64,000 nucleotides of DNA from an uncultured Candidatus Saccharibacteria bacterium (GTDB lineage Bacteria > Patescibacteriota > Saccharimonadia > Saccharimonadales > UBA10212), in NCBI GenBank assembly GCA_964460855.1, contig CAYWQH010000001.1:59868-123867 (forward strand). The letters are read 5' to 3'. Numbering within the stretch: position 1 is the stretch's first letter; the number at the start of each line of letters is the position of its first letter. The notes under the pieces are model-generated. The model was not told where the DNA came from and did not search any database. It saw nothing but the letters and a program-made list of their open reading frames with translations. Positions 52,990 to 61,718 of the stretch are shown piece after piece. The translations under genes were made by a program, and so were the position numbers.

Positions 52990-55230
52990 TTAGTTAAGGC
53001 TGTCTTTGGCGGTTACGGAATTTGAAACTTCAGAAAACCAATATAGGCGGTATTTAGCGCAAGGCTCATTTTTGCAAATTGTAGTACCGTCGGCTTGTAG
53101 CGGGATATAGCCAAAATGATTTTTATCAGGTTTTGCAGATTGGACCATGGAGTTGGCAGTTTGCCCCGGAGCCCGGAATTGTTGCGGCTCGGCGCCGTTC
53201 ATATTCGCGGAGATCCAGCTATCGGTATTAACCTGGCTTGACAACAAAGGGTAGCCGCCATTGTCGTTATAGTAGACTTCTAGCTGCACGGCGATTGAAT
53301 TAATGTCAAACTTGCGCTCAGCGTCACGGTTTTGCGGCGTTGGCCCAACACTACTGCTATCATTGCCGCCAGTACCGCTACTGCCGCCCAGCCCCAGCTC
53401 GGACGGGTCTAAGCCAATTTGTTTTAGCACTGTTTGGATGGGCACGGAGTCTTTGGGCTTGTTGGTATCAATTACGCCGCTATATGGCTTGGCTTCGAGA
53501 GTAACATTTACTTTGTCTTTGGTATCGCTGTTGGTATAGCTGATACTGCCGGTAGTTGTGGCCGATTTCGTATCACTAACCAATTTAACGTTGGTATCAG
53601 TTTTACTTTGGCCGTTATGGTTGTTGGCGAACAGGGTGAATGTATCCCCGCCTTTATATATTTGGCCGACGTCGGTATACGAAGAATTATCAATGTCGTC
53701 AGGAATCCGGAATTTATAAATAAGCTTATACTTGGCATCGATCCACATGTCGTATACTTTTTCTTTTCCGTTTGGTACGTCTCCCGATGGCAGATGCTTA
53801 TAACTATCGCAATCTTTTTGGGCCTGGGCTTTATCCTGGCTGATATTTTTTTCATCAACCCACGGCAGTTTTTTATAAGCGTTTGTAGAATAAACCTTGT
53901 CTACGGCGTCCTTGCAATAGGCCACGGCGTGGTCCTGGTTGATGGTGACTTTATAGTGGTAAACATTAAGGCCGTCTGACGTTTCTTTGCCTTCGTAACT
54001 CTTTTGGACGAACACGGCTTTGGACTGGTCGTTGGTAAACACATAGCTATTGGTTGACGTGGTAAAGGCATGGGCCAGTTCGGTATAATCGCCGGCCGTC
54101 AGCGTTTTGCTATTAGTTTTGCTGGCCGACGGGAAATCGCCCAGCGACTTTAAATAGCTGGCCGAAACTTCGATCCATTTACCGTCGTAAGCCAGCAGCT
54201 GCGGATAAAATTCCTCGACACCTAAAGATTTAAGGCCGTTTAGCTGGAAATATATATTGGGAAAATCGCTGTCTGCCGGAATTTCGCTAATGGCTTTGGC
54301 GTTGAATTTTATGTCGTTGCCGCCGGTACCCGCAGAAGTTACATTTATGCCGGCATTGGTTTTGGAGGCGTCGAATTTGGCGTCGAAAGCGGCATTGTAT
54401 TTAGCCCCGCCATAGTTGGCATCGACCTTTAAAGTCAGCTGGGTTTTTTTATAAGAGTCGATTGCCGTTTGGTTAGTCGATTTATCTACCACGATCGACA
54501 AAGCTTTGCCGGTGCGGCTGAAGCCGGTTTTATAAACATTTTGCGGCTGGTTGGGTAGGAATATTCCAAAAACATAACCGCCGCCAACTAACAATATAGA
54601 AACAGCGGCGATAGCCGGCAGCAGCCAGCGTTTTTTACCTGTTTTTGTAGGCTTGGCGGAATTAAAAGATTGGAAAACCTGGCCGGCCGGTTGCGTCGCA
54701 GGTTGCAGCGGATCTGCGGACGATGGCTGCTCCGGGCCGGGCAGCACCATTCCGTTAAACGGCTGGGGTCCGGGCGAAGGCTCGGCTATTGGATCGGCTG
54801 GTGTAACGACCGCGGCGGTAGCCAGGTTGCTCAGGCTGCCGGGCATTTCGGGCTGGCTGACTTTAAAAGCCGGGGCTACTTCGGGTTGGCTTACACTTGA
54901 CGGTTCGGCTTGAGGTTCTATGGTGTGCACGACTTGCGGCGTATCCACTAAGTTTTGGGCGGCCGGCACGGCCCTGGCAAACAAATCGGTGGGCGGTAAG
55001 TTAAGCGAACTGTGCTCTGGCGGATCCATTGGCTGTTCGGCGACCGCTGCCGGAGCAATGAAACTATTATTATCAATATCATTAAGAGATGATGATGTTC
55101 CGGTTTCAGAAAATGGCGCCTGGAAACCGGCGCTGGGTTCTATAACCAATGCCTTATGCGACAGCGGCTGGCCGGTTTGGTATAAATCGCCTGAATTGTC
55201 AGGATCCGGTGTTACGAGCGAATGATCCAT
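52990..55230 (-). CDS. Single-pass membrane protein with C-terminal pilin-head domain (PilA paralogue lacking the prepilin leader)
   Basis: About 200 aa of Pro/Ser/Gln-rich N-terminus, one TM helix, about 400 aa outside the membrane, a G/S linker, then 112 aa that are 70/112 identical (hand count, gapless) to PilA residues after alpha1-N. Confidence 0.65.
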   Translation of the reverse strand: MDHSLVTPDPDNSGDLYQTGQPLSHKALVIEPSAGFQAPFSETGTSSSLNDIDNNSFIAPAAVAEQPMDPPEHSSLNLPPTDLFARAVPAAQNLVDTPQVVHTIEPQAEPSSVSQPEVAPAFKVSQPEMPGSLSNLATAAVVTPADPIAEPSPGPQPFNGMVLPGPEQPSSADPLQPATQPAGQVFQSFNSAKPTKTGKKRWLLPAIAAVSILLVGGGYVFGIFLPNQPQNVYKTGFSRTGKALSIVVDKSTNQTAIDSYKKTQLTLKVDANYGGAKYNAAFDAKFDASKTNAGINVTSAGTGGNDIKFNAKAISEIPADSDFPNIYFQLNGLKSLGVEEFYPQLLAYDGKWIEVSASYLKSLGDFPSASKTNSKTLTAGDYTELAHAFTTSTNSYVFTNDQSKAVFVQKSYEGKETSDGLNVYHYKVTINQDHAVAYCKDAVDKVYSTNAYKKLPWVDEKNISQDKAQAQKDCDSYKHLPSGDVPNGKEKVYDMWIDAKYKLIYKFRIPDDIDNSSYTDVGQIYKGGDTFTLFANNHNGQSKTDTNVKLVSDTKSATTTGSISYTNSDTKDKVNVTLEAKPYSGVIDTNKPKDSVPIQTVLKQIGLDPSELGLGGSSGTGGNDSSSVGPTPQNRDAERKFDINSIAVQLEVYYNDNGGYPLLSSQVNTDSWISANMNGAEPQQFRAPGQTANSMVQSAKPDKNHFGYIPLQADGTTICKNEPCAKYRLYWFSEVSNSVTAKDSLN

Positions 55231-55300
55231 TTTTTTGCGAGTTTTTAGTTTTAGTGAACTTAACGCCAGTATATCTTATATATAAGCAAAAGCAATAAAT

Positions 55301-55729
55301 TTATTCCCTGTTTAACTCTAGTTTCATGTCAGTTTTAATTTGTTCTATTACTTCTTCGGGTACTTCTGCCCGCGAATAGGGGGCGAATTTTTTAGGGTAA
55401 TTCGGGTCAATAAATGCGTGGCCAAGGACTATACGCGGAGTTGCATAGCGGGGGATTATTTGCCATGTATATTGTTTTTGCTGATTATCAGCGTAAGAAA
55501 ATTCATCAGGTTGGTATAGTCTGTTTACTGCATTTGCCACGCCGCGAAAAATCATGTCTAATTCATCAAACTCTTTTATCGTTACTGCGACTTCTAAACC
55601 AATTCCCATTGCCCTATTTAATGAAACCCTGCTTCTGCCAAGGTAGGTTTGGTCGCCATCTAAAATAACCGCCCAGTTTTCGTATTGCTTTAGTGTGTTA
55701 ACTTCATAATCCGGTTTGGTTTCAGACAT
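55301..55729 (-). CDS. HIT-fold-like protein lacking the histidine triad
   Basis: 142-aa ORF. Its layout resembles HIT proteins, but the H-x-H-x-H-x-x position reads QYTWQIIPRY. Weak assignment. Confidence 0.3.
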   Translation of the reverse strand: MSETKPDYEVNTLKQYENWAVILDGDQTYLGRSRVSLNRAMGIGLEVAVTIKEFDELDMIFRGVANAVNRLYQPDEFSYADNQQKQYTWQIIPRYATPRIVLGHAFIDPNYPKKFAPYSRAEVPEEVIEQIKTDMKLELNRE

Positions 55730-55744
55730 TTGATTTAGCTGTAA

Positions 55745-56089
55745 TTATAGTGGCTGCTCGTGCGCTATTGTAACTTCGCTTTTGACAGTTTCTACCGCGC
55801 CTTGGCTGGCTAAAAATTCCAACCCCCTATGGTGTTCAACCAGCCGGTTTTTTGCATCTTCGCCTATAGCTTCTCGATCTCCCGCCAACTGCCCCTGGGT
55901 GAAATTTTGCTCAACTAATTTTCCGGCCGCCGCGCCCATCCAGCAAGCTGCCCGCTGCCGGTCTCTAAGCTCAAGCGACTCCGCGAATCTAACCAACGAA
56001 CCAATAGCACTGTCTATAGCCCTATCTATTCTTTGTTGCCTCTGAGCCTCATGGTACCTCGACTCTACATTTTCCCCATAATCCGACAT
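55745..56089 (-). CDS. Hypothetical protein
   Basis: Start at the ATG at 56089 (MSDYGENV..), preceded by AGGAG. No motif. Confidence 0.4.
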   Translation of the reverse strand: MSDYGENVESRYHEAQRQQRIDRAIDSAIGSLVRFAESLELRDRQRAACWMGAAAGKLVEQNFTQGQLAGDREAIGEDAKNRLVEHHRGLEFLASQGAVETVKSEVTIAHEQPL

Positions 56090-56183
56090 AAAATTCTCCT
56101 GTAATTTAAGTATCGGGATAATTAAAATCCTTTGCAAGCATATGCGATATAATATTTCTATTAATTAGCAACCGCTTGGCTGG

Positions 56184-56765
56184 TTATTTTCGCTTTATAA
56201 ACCGGGAAATGCGCCCGCTGCCTAAGGTGAGGGCGAATGCAATGCTTAAAGCATGGCCGGCAGAAAATAAGCGGCCGCTGTGGGCACCTTCGATTAAAGT
56301 ATCGCCGACGGGGACGATTTCGTCGGCGAAGGGCCGCAACGAAAGAATTTTATTTCGCTTTTGGCCATTTAATTGAGATAAACTCGCAGATAATTTTTTA
56401 ACGGATTCCTCGAAAGCAGGGTTTTTAGCATAATATGTTTGGCTTATAGTCTGGACATTTCTTAATTTACCGCAAACGCATACTACTTTATGTATACTCT
56501 CTTGCCTGGCGGCATAAGCGTTAATAGCCGCGCTGGCACCAGCGCTAACGCCGATCAAAGAAACCCGGTTGCCCTGCGCCAACTGCTTATCTATTTCTTT
56601 TAATACGTTATCGTATTTGCCAGCATATGGATTTTTATCGCTCCAATGCATCGGCACGTATACGGCCCCCAAGCCATAAATTCTCCAAAGCCGTAGTACT
56701 TTAGCTTGCGCCCCGCCCTCGGCATGGTCGCCCAGGCCTGGAATGTAAATTACGGTATGTTTCAC
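56184..56765 (-). CDS. Alpha/beta hydrolase fold protein
   Basis: VIYIPGLGDH N-terminus and GVSAGAS nucleophile elbow (G-x-S-x-G). Confidence 0.65.
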   Translation of the reverse strand: MKHTVIYIPGLGDHAEGGAQAKVLRLWRIYGLGAVYVPMHWSDKNPYAGKYDNVLKEIDKQLAQGNRVSLIGVSAGASAAINAYAARQESIHKVVCVCGKLRNVQTISQTYYAKNPAFEESVKKLSASLSQLNGQKRNKILSLRPFADEIVPVGDTLIEGAHSGRLFSAGHALSIAFALTLGSGRISRFIKRK

Positions 56766-56802
56766 CGGTTAATAATAGCAAATGAGAAGTGCCTTCCGGC
56801 AT

Positions 56803-57795
56803 TTATGCGATTCTTGGCAGGTCTTTTTGATGTACCTGATAGCGTAGTGGCTGGCCGCTTACATATCTAATTATTTCTTCGACTGCTAACGTGCCCATTA
56901 ATTGCTGTTCGTTACCCCTTGAACCGGCAATATGCGGTGTAACAAAAATGTTAGAGAGTTTTCTGAGTTGATGATCTGCCGGTAACGGCTCATTCGGATC
57001 GGTTACATCTAAAACAACCTCAATATTCTTTTGCGGGGTTAGGTCTACTAGGGCTTCGTAATCAACGATTGTGCCCCGGGCGGTATTTATAAAAAAGCTT
57101 CCGTCTTTCATGAGTTGTAGTTGCTGGCGGCCAATTAAGTTTTGGGTTTCCGGTAGTTTAGGCGCGTGAATACTAACCACGTCGGCCCAGGCCATTAACT
57201 CATTTAGTTCCATTTTTTGGACGCCAAGATTTTGGGCATCGTCCGGCGTTAAGTAAGGGTCATAAACCGCAATCTTGACGTTATAAGATTTTAATAACCT
57301 AATTACTTCCCGCCCGACAAACGAGGCGCCAACCAAACCAACATTTAGCCCGTTAAATCCTACCAGTGTATCGCGGAGTTTTAAGTAATTATCTTTGTCG
57401 TCGTTAACGTAATTTTCAGCGGCATGCCGGACGTTTTTTGCTAAAAATACCATTGCGGCCACGGTATACTCGGCAACCGCAATGGCATTTGCCGCGGCAG
57501 CTGAAGTTATTTTTATATCCCGTTACCAAAAGTCATCGGTTACGATTTTTTTAATTGTACCGGCGGCATAAGCGACCATTTTTAGATTCGGCAGCGCGTC
57601 CAAAAATTCCTTGTCCAGATTTGGTCCGCCCCAACTAGCCAGCAATATTTCAGTATCATTTTTTGGCGCGCCTTGCACAGGCTCCCAACTTAACACTTCG
57701 CACACGTCATTTAAGTCGCTCTTGGCTTGCTGGTTAAAAAGCGTACCAGCCAGGTTGGGTGCCATCATCACGCTAACTTTTGGTCTTGGCTGCAT
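56803..57795 (-). pseudogene. D-isomer-specific 2-hydroxyacid dehydrogenase interrupted by one in-frame TAA
   Basis: ORFs 57523-57849 and 56803-57462 are in the same frame. A single TAA at 57525-57523 (..DDFW*RDIKITSAAAANAIAVAEYT..) splits an otherwise colinear enzyme (GLVGASFVGREV NAD motif, TPHIAGS). Confidence 0.75.
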
Positions 57796-57889
57796 TAGCT
57801 GATAGTAACAGAAAATGCCAGCAAAACTCCAAGGCCCCGCACAATTCACTGCGGGGTTTGCTACTTAAATATTCGCGCCCGGCAAAAAT

Positions 57890-58192
57890 TTAAAAATAAA
57901 AATTTGTGCGTAAACCTGAAAGCCAGAATATTGAGGCGGTAGTAAAGATTGTTAAAGCGATTACCAATATCGTAGATATTTTTCGATTCTTGTAACAGGA
58001 GTAAAGTGCCAAGACAAGTCCGATTACCAGGGCAGCTACGGTCGGAGAATCAACAATATGCACTGTACCGTCATGAACCCTCATGCTTGTATGATGCGCT
58101 ACGGTTAAAACCGATTGCATATATATTACGGCCATCAAGAAGGATATAAGATCTATAACTTCAATTTTAGACTGGGCCGATTTTTTTGCCAT
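57890..58192 (-). CDS. Hypothetical 3-TM membrane protein
   Basis: ATG at 58192 (MAKKSAQSK..). Lies about 100 nt downstream of conserved module copy 2. Confidence 0.4.
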   Translation of the reverse strand: MAKKSAQSKIEVIDLISFLMAVIYMQSVLTVAHHTSMRVHDGTVHIVDSPTVAALVIGLVLALYSCYKNRKISTILVIALTIFTTASIFWLSGLRTNFYF

Positions 58193-58297
58193 AAGCAAAT
58201 AATATCAGTTCAAATATGGTTACGCTAGAGGTTACTAAAATGGTCTTGCGGGGCAGCGCACATCTGTGACTGTTCCGCAGGGCCCTCCGAGACAATT

Positions 58298-58385
58298 GAT
58301 TTCGCGACTGGGTAGGAAGAAGCGAGGAGCGGAAGAGCTGTACACGGAAGTACTGCGATGAGCACCGGAGCTTCTGACACCGCCA
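58298..58385 (-). repeat. Conserved non-coding block A, copy 2 (partner at 31267-31354)
   Basis: See the copy 1 entry. Orientation is inverted relative to copy 1. Confidence 0.8.
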
Positions 58386-58391
58386 GGCGCG

Positions 58392-58436
58392 AAAAAAGCA
58401 CCCTAGAAAGGGAGCTTTGCTTCCTTTCTAGGGTGC
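58392..58436 (-). terminator. Long hairpin plus T-run (minus strand), homologous in position and loop to 31215-31260
   Basis: GCACCCTAGAAAGG-aagcaaagct-CCCTTTCTAGGGTGC followed by TTTTTT on the minus strand. Confidence 0.7.
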
Positions 58437-58449
58437 TTGGTCAGTGTCT

Positions 58450-58466
58450 TGGAGGGCCCTGCGGGG
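58450..58466 (-). repeat. Exact 17-nt duplicate of the tRNA-Lys 3' end (att-like direct repeat)
   Basis: TGGAGGGCCCTGCGGGG at 58450-58466 equals 58634-58650. An inverted 14-nt copy CCGCAGGGCCCTCC lies at 58275-58288. Confidence 0.85.
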
Positions 58467-58633
58467 GGCGGTCGCTGCGCTCCCTATTTCCGCTCGGCTC
58501 ATGCTCGAAGTAAACTTCTGCGCGTGAACCTCGCTTCACGAACCCGCGACTTCAATCCGCTGCGCGTCTTGGTCGCGAGTTCGAGCCATAGAGCTCCACA
58601 AAAAATGCCCCACTTGATGTGAGATATTTTTTG

Positions 58634-58709
58634 TGGAGGGCCCTGCGGGGCTCGAACCCGCGACACGAGGCTTAAAAGGCCTCTGCTCTACCAACTGAGC
58701 TAAGGGCCC
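58634..58709 (-). tRNA. tRNA-Lys (anticodon UUU), CCA encoded
   Basis: Reverse complement is GGGCCCT/TA/GCTC-AGTTGGTA-GAGC/A/GAGGC-CTTTTAA-GCCTC/GTGTC/GCGGG-TTCGAGC-CCCGC/AGGGCCC/T/CCA. Confidence 0.9.
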
Positions 58710-58774
58710 CCAAACAACGCCTTATATTATCCTTATTTTTATCTGTTAGTCAATCTGTTTGATATCATTACATC

Positions 58775-59308
58775 ATGCAAACATATTTGGCTTTTTTGCG
58801 GGGAATAAACGTAGGCGGCAACAGCTTGGTAAAGATGGCCGAGCTTAAAGCCAGCCTGGAAAAAGCCGGCTTAATGGAAGTTAAAACCTATATCCAAAGC
58901 GGCAATGTTTTATTTGAATCGGATAAAGATAAAAAGGCCTTGGCCAAATTAATTGCCGTCGTTATTGAAAAAGATTTCAAAGCAAAAACCAATGTAGCGG
59001 TATTCACCAAAGCCGAATGGCAAAAAGTTATTAAGGACGCGCCTAAATGGTGGGGCCAAGATAAGACTTTCAAGCACAATATATTAATAATGACCGAAGC
59101 TCACAAAAACGAAGAGATTTATGCCGGCTTCGGCGAGCTAAAACCCGATATCGAAAACCTTGAACCAGGCAAAGGCGTATTCTACCAATCGGTTTCGTGG
59201 AAAGACTTCGGCAAAGCCGCCACCGGCAAGTTAAACACCAAGCCGGTTTATAAAAAAATGACCGTCCGCAACTTCAATACGGCCACTAAGCTCGCCCAAT
59301 TAGACTAG
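58775..59308 (+). CDS. DUF1697 family protein
   Basis: MQTYLAFLRGINVGGNSLVKMAELK..YIQSGNVLFES is the signature N-terminus of DUF1697. Confidence 0.8.
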   Translation: MQTYLAFLRGINVGGNSLVKMAELKASLEKAGLMEVKTYIQSGNVLFESDKDKKALAKLIAVVIEKDFKAKTNVAVFTKAEWQKVIKDAPKWWGQDKTFKHNILIMTEAHKNEEIYAGFGELKPDIENLEPGKGVFYQSVSWKDFGKAATGKLNTKPVYKKMTVRNFNTATKLAQLD

Positions 59309-59335
59309 CCATTAGCATTAAGCTACAATCGGGAT

Positions 59336-60166
59336 ATGAGTTCGGCCGATAAAGAGTCGCGCAAGCCTGAGATAGTTAAGGCCGTAATTGGCATATTGGT
59401 TTTCATTTTAGCCGGAATTTACGTTATTACTTACCAGCAGGAACATTTCAAAAATACCGCCGTAAAAACCAGCCCGGCCAAGCCGGCCGCTATCCCGCGC
59501 CCCAAATTCAGTATTAACTTAAACCGCCAGGTCGATGCCAATTATGCGGCCCAATACGGCCTTCAAGTTCAATTTCTGGACAGCTACGACCCCCTGGCCC
59601 CCTGCCCGGAAGTAATGAAAAACTTCAGCGGAAGTATAAAAACATCCGGCGTTTCGGCCGACAGCCTGACTCTAACGCTCGCCCAAAACGTTAAGCCCGG
59701 CGGCCAAAAAAAGCAGCCCGGCAAAAATACCGTTTGCCCTGCCATATACGCCGTTCCTTATACCAAACAATACCTTTTAGATAAAGCCTGGCTGGCTAAA
59801 GGCAGCCCGATTAAAACGATAAATATAGAAGATAAAAAATATGTATTGCATGTCGATAAAACCGATTACTTACTTATAATTGCGGGCCCCGAGGCTAAAC
59901 TTAATACGCCCTACTTGCCCGACGGTTTGGCCAGCTTGTCGACTAACACAGGCTGTTATAACACAGCCCAATTAAAAAAATATGCTAAAAATAATGGCAT
60001 CCAACAGGCAGAAACCTTATATCCTGAGATTGATCAAAAATTAACTGAAAACACGGTAGATGTGAGCAACCCGCACATAGCAGTAGTGGCCGGCACCAAA
60101 GTAAAAAGCTTAGGCGGGCACAATATTCAGGCAGCCAATTGCCAAGTTGTAGCAGGCAAGCTGTAA
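59336..60166 (+). CDS. Hypothetical membrane-anchored extracytoplasmic protein
   Basis: 276-aa ORF with an N-terminal TM anchor. Confidence 0.45.
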   Translation: MSSADKESRKPEIVKAVIGILVFILAGIYVITYQQEHFKNTAVKTSPAKPAAIPRPKFSINLNRQVDANYAAQYGLQVQFLDSYDPLAPCPEVMKNFSGSIKTSGVSADSLTLTLAQNVKPGGQKKQPGKNTVCPAIYAVPYTKQYLLDKAWLAKGSPIKTINIEDKKYVLHVDKTDYLLIIAGPEAKLNTPYLPDGLASLSTNTGCYNTAQLKKYAKNNGIQQAETLYPEIDQKLTENTVDVSNPHIAVVAGTKVKSLGGHNIQAANCQVVAGKL

Positions 60167-60201
60167 AATAAGCAATTCAGAACGCCTGCTATTATAAGCA
60201 T

Positions 60202-60681
60202 ATGGCTGAAATGTCAGAAGACTACTCGCTGGTAATAAAATTTATAAAGAAAAACCACCTCGGCGCCCTAGCAACGGTCAACAAAAAAGGCCAGCCCGAT
60301 GTAGCTGTAATTTATTGCAGCATAAAAGATGATCTCAGCTTGTATTTCTCCACCCGGGTAGAAGCCGCTAAATTCCAGAATATTTCCAACAATCCGGCGG
60401 TAGCTATAACTTTTTACGATGCCAAATCCGTCAGCACCGTCCAGATCCGCGGCCGGGCCAAACGCTTAGAAGACTTGAAAGCCGAGCAGGACATAATGCT
60501 GGAGCTGGTAAAACAATTTTACAGCCAGGGCGGCAAAATGCCCCCGTTCCAGCAATTATTCGAAAATTTCGACAGCAACGAGCTGGCAATCGTAAAAATC
60601 AAACCTACCGATGTAAGTTATTCCAGCTTTAAACAGACCCGACTCAGTAAAGCCAAGCCGGTTCACAAAAAAATACTATAG
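60202..60681 (+). CDS. Pyridoxamine 5'-phosphate oxidase-like family protein
   Basis: ..NHLGALATVNKKGQPDVAVIYCSIKDDLSLYFSTRVEAAKFQNI pattern. Paralogous to 45701-46162. Confidence 0.7.
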   Translation: MAEMSEDYSLVIKFIKKNHLGALATVNKKGQPDVAVIYCSIKDDLSLYFSTRVEAAKFQNISNNPAVAITFYDAKSVSTVQIRGRAKRLEDLKAEQDIMLELVKQFYSQGGKMPPFQQLFENFDSNELAIVKIKPTDVSYSSFKQTRLSKAKPVHKKIL

Positions 60682-60682
60682 T

Positions 60683-61228
60683 TTAGTGGCCTTTTTTGTC
60701 TTTGTCTTCTTTGATTTTCTTTTTGGTCAGCCATACGATAAATAAACTGGACACCACACCGGCGCCAACTATAATGGCCTGGAAATCCTCGAACTGCTGC
60801 CAGGGTTTAGACTTGGCGATATTGAAATTGCCGATGGCTCCCAGGTGCGGGGCGGCCAATAGCGCCAGCAAGGCTCCTGTACAAACTGCCGGTACGGCAT
60901 ACATTAAAAACTTATTGCGGTGAATAGACTTGCGCATAAAAATTAATGTAAGCAGCAATGGCAAAACTAATAGTACGAGACTTAAGTGGTCCGTATCTGA
61001 TTGCGGCAGTTTTTGGGCCGATGCCAAATCGGTAACCCGCCGGGTGCAGAATTGCTGCAGCATACCTCCGGCGCAAACGCTTAAGAACGCGATGGCCGGA
61101 TTGCTTTTTAGCAGGAACATTAAGACAGCAGGCACGGCAATTATTCCAGCAAGTAGCGCTGTTTCCATAATGCTTATGATACCAAATGCTTGCCTAAAAA
61201 GTGAGTTGGGTACCGTTTTCGATGCCAA
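60683..61228 (-). CDS. Hypothetical polytopic membrane protein
   Basis: 181-aa ORF with about 5 TM helices and a Lys-rich tail. Confidence 0.45.
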   Translation of the reverse strand: MASKTVPNSLFRQAFGIISIMETALLAGIIAVPAVLMFLLKSNPAIAFLSVCAGGMLQQFCTRRVTDLASAQKLPQSDTDHLSLVLLVLPLLLTLIFMRKSIHRNKFLMYAVPAVCTGALLALLAAPHLGAIGNFNIAKSKPWQQFEDFQAIIVGAGVVSSLFIVWLTKKKIKEDKDKKGH

Positions 61229-61718
61229 GCTCGATGGAGCGGTTGGCGCGCATCTCTAAAACATATTGGGCTGGCTGGGTATTGGTAAATGTTTGCGGGT
61301 AAGTAGAGGGCTGGATATTAGGTTGGACCGTTACGACTTGGCGGTCGCTGTTGAGCCAGATAATATCGATGGGGAACTTCATATCTTTCATCCAAAATGG
61401 AAAATAGCCGGAATTTTCAAACGAAAATAGCATGGCGTCGTTAGCCCCCAGGCAAGGCCGGCCGCCCAGCCCTACGGCGCGGGCATCGTAACTGTCAGAA
61501 ATTTCGACGGCAAGCTCCTGGTTATTTGGCAGCTTTATGATTGTATCTTTGCGGATGGCGTTTTGGCAGCCGCTAGCAACGGGTTTATGCCTGGAGTGAA
61601 AAGCTAAAAGTATAAATAAAATAACTGCGGCCGAGGCAATTGCCCGCCAAGCCGGCCGCAAACGGTTAAGCGCCGACTTTGTCTTTGCGGCGGCGTTGCT
61701 TGGCGTTGTGCTCGACAT
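61194..61718 (-). CDS. DUF192 domain protein with N-terminal anchor
   Basis: ..ARAVGLGGRPCLGANDAMLFSF..FWMKDMKFPIDIIWLNSDRQVVTV matches the DUF192 pattern. Confidence 0.7.
   Translation of the reverse strand: MSSTTPSNAAAKTKSALNRLRPAWRAIASAAVILFILLAFHSRHKPVASGCQNAIRKDTIIKLPNNQELAVEISDSYDARAVGLGGRPCLGANDAMLFSFENSGYFPFWMKDMKFPIDIIWLNSDRQVVTVQPNIQPSTYPQTFTNTQPAQYVLEMRANRSIELGIENGTQLTF

Noticed and set aside
58437-58622. A 61-aa ORF in the tRNA-Lys downstream region.
   Set aside because: It is composed of tRNA-fragment repeats, has no ribosome-binding site and is Arg/Ala-rich. It is treated as non-coding scar sequence.
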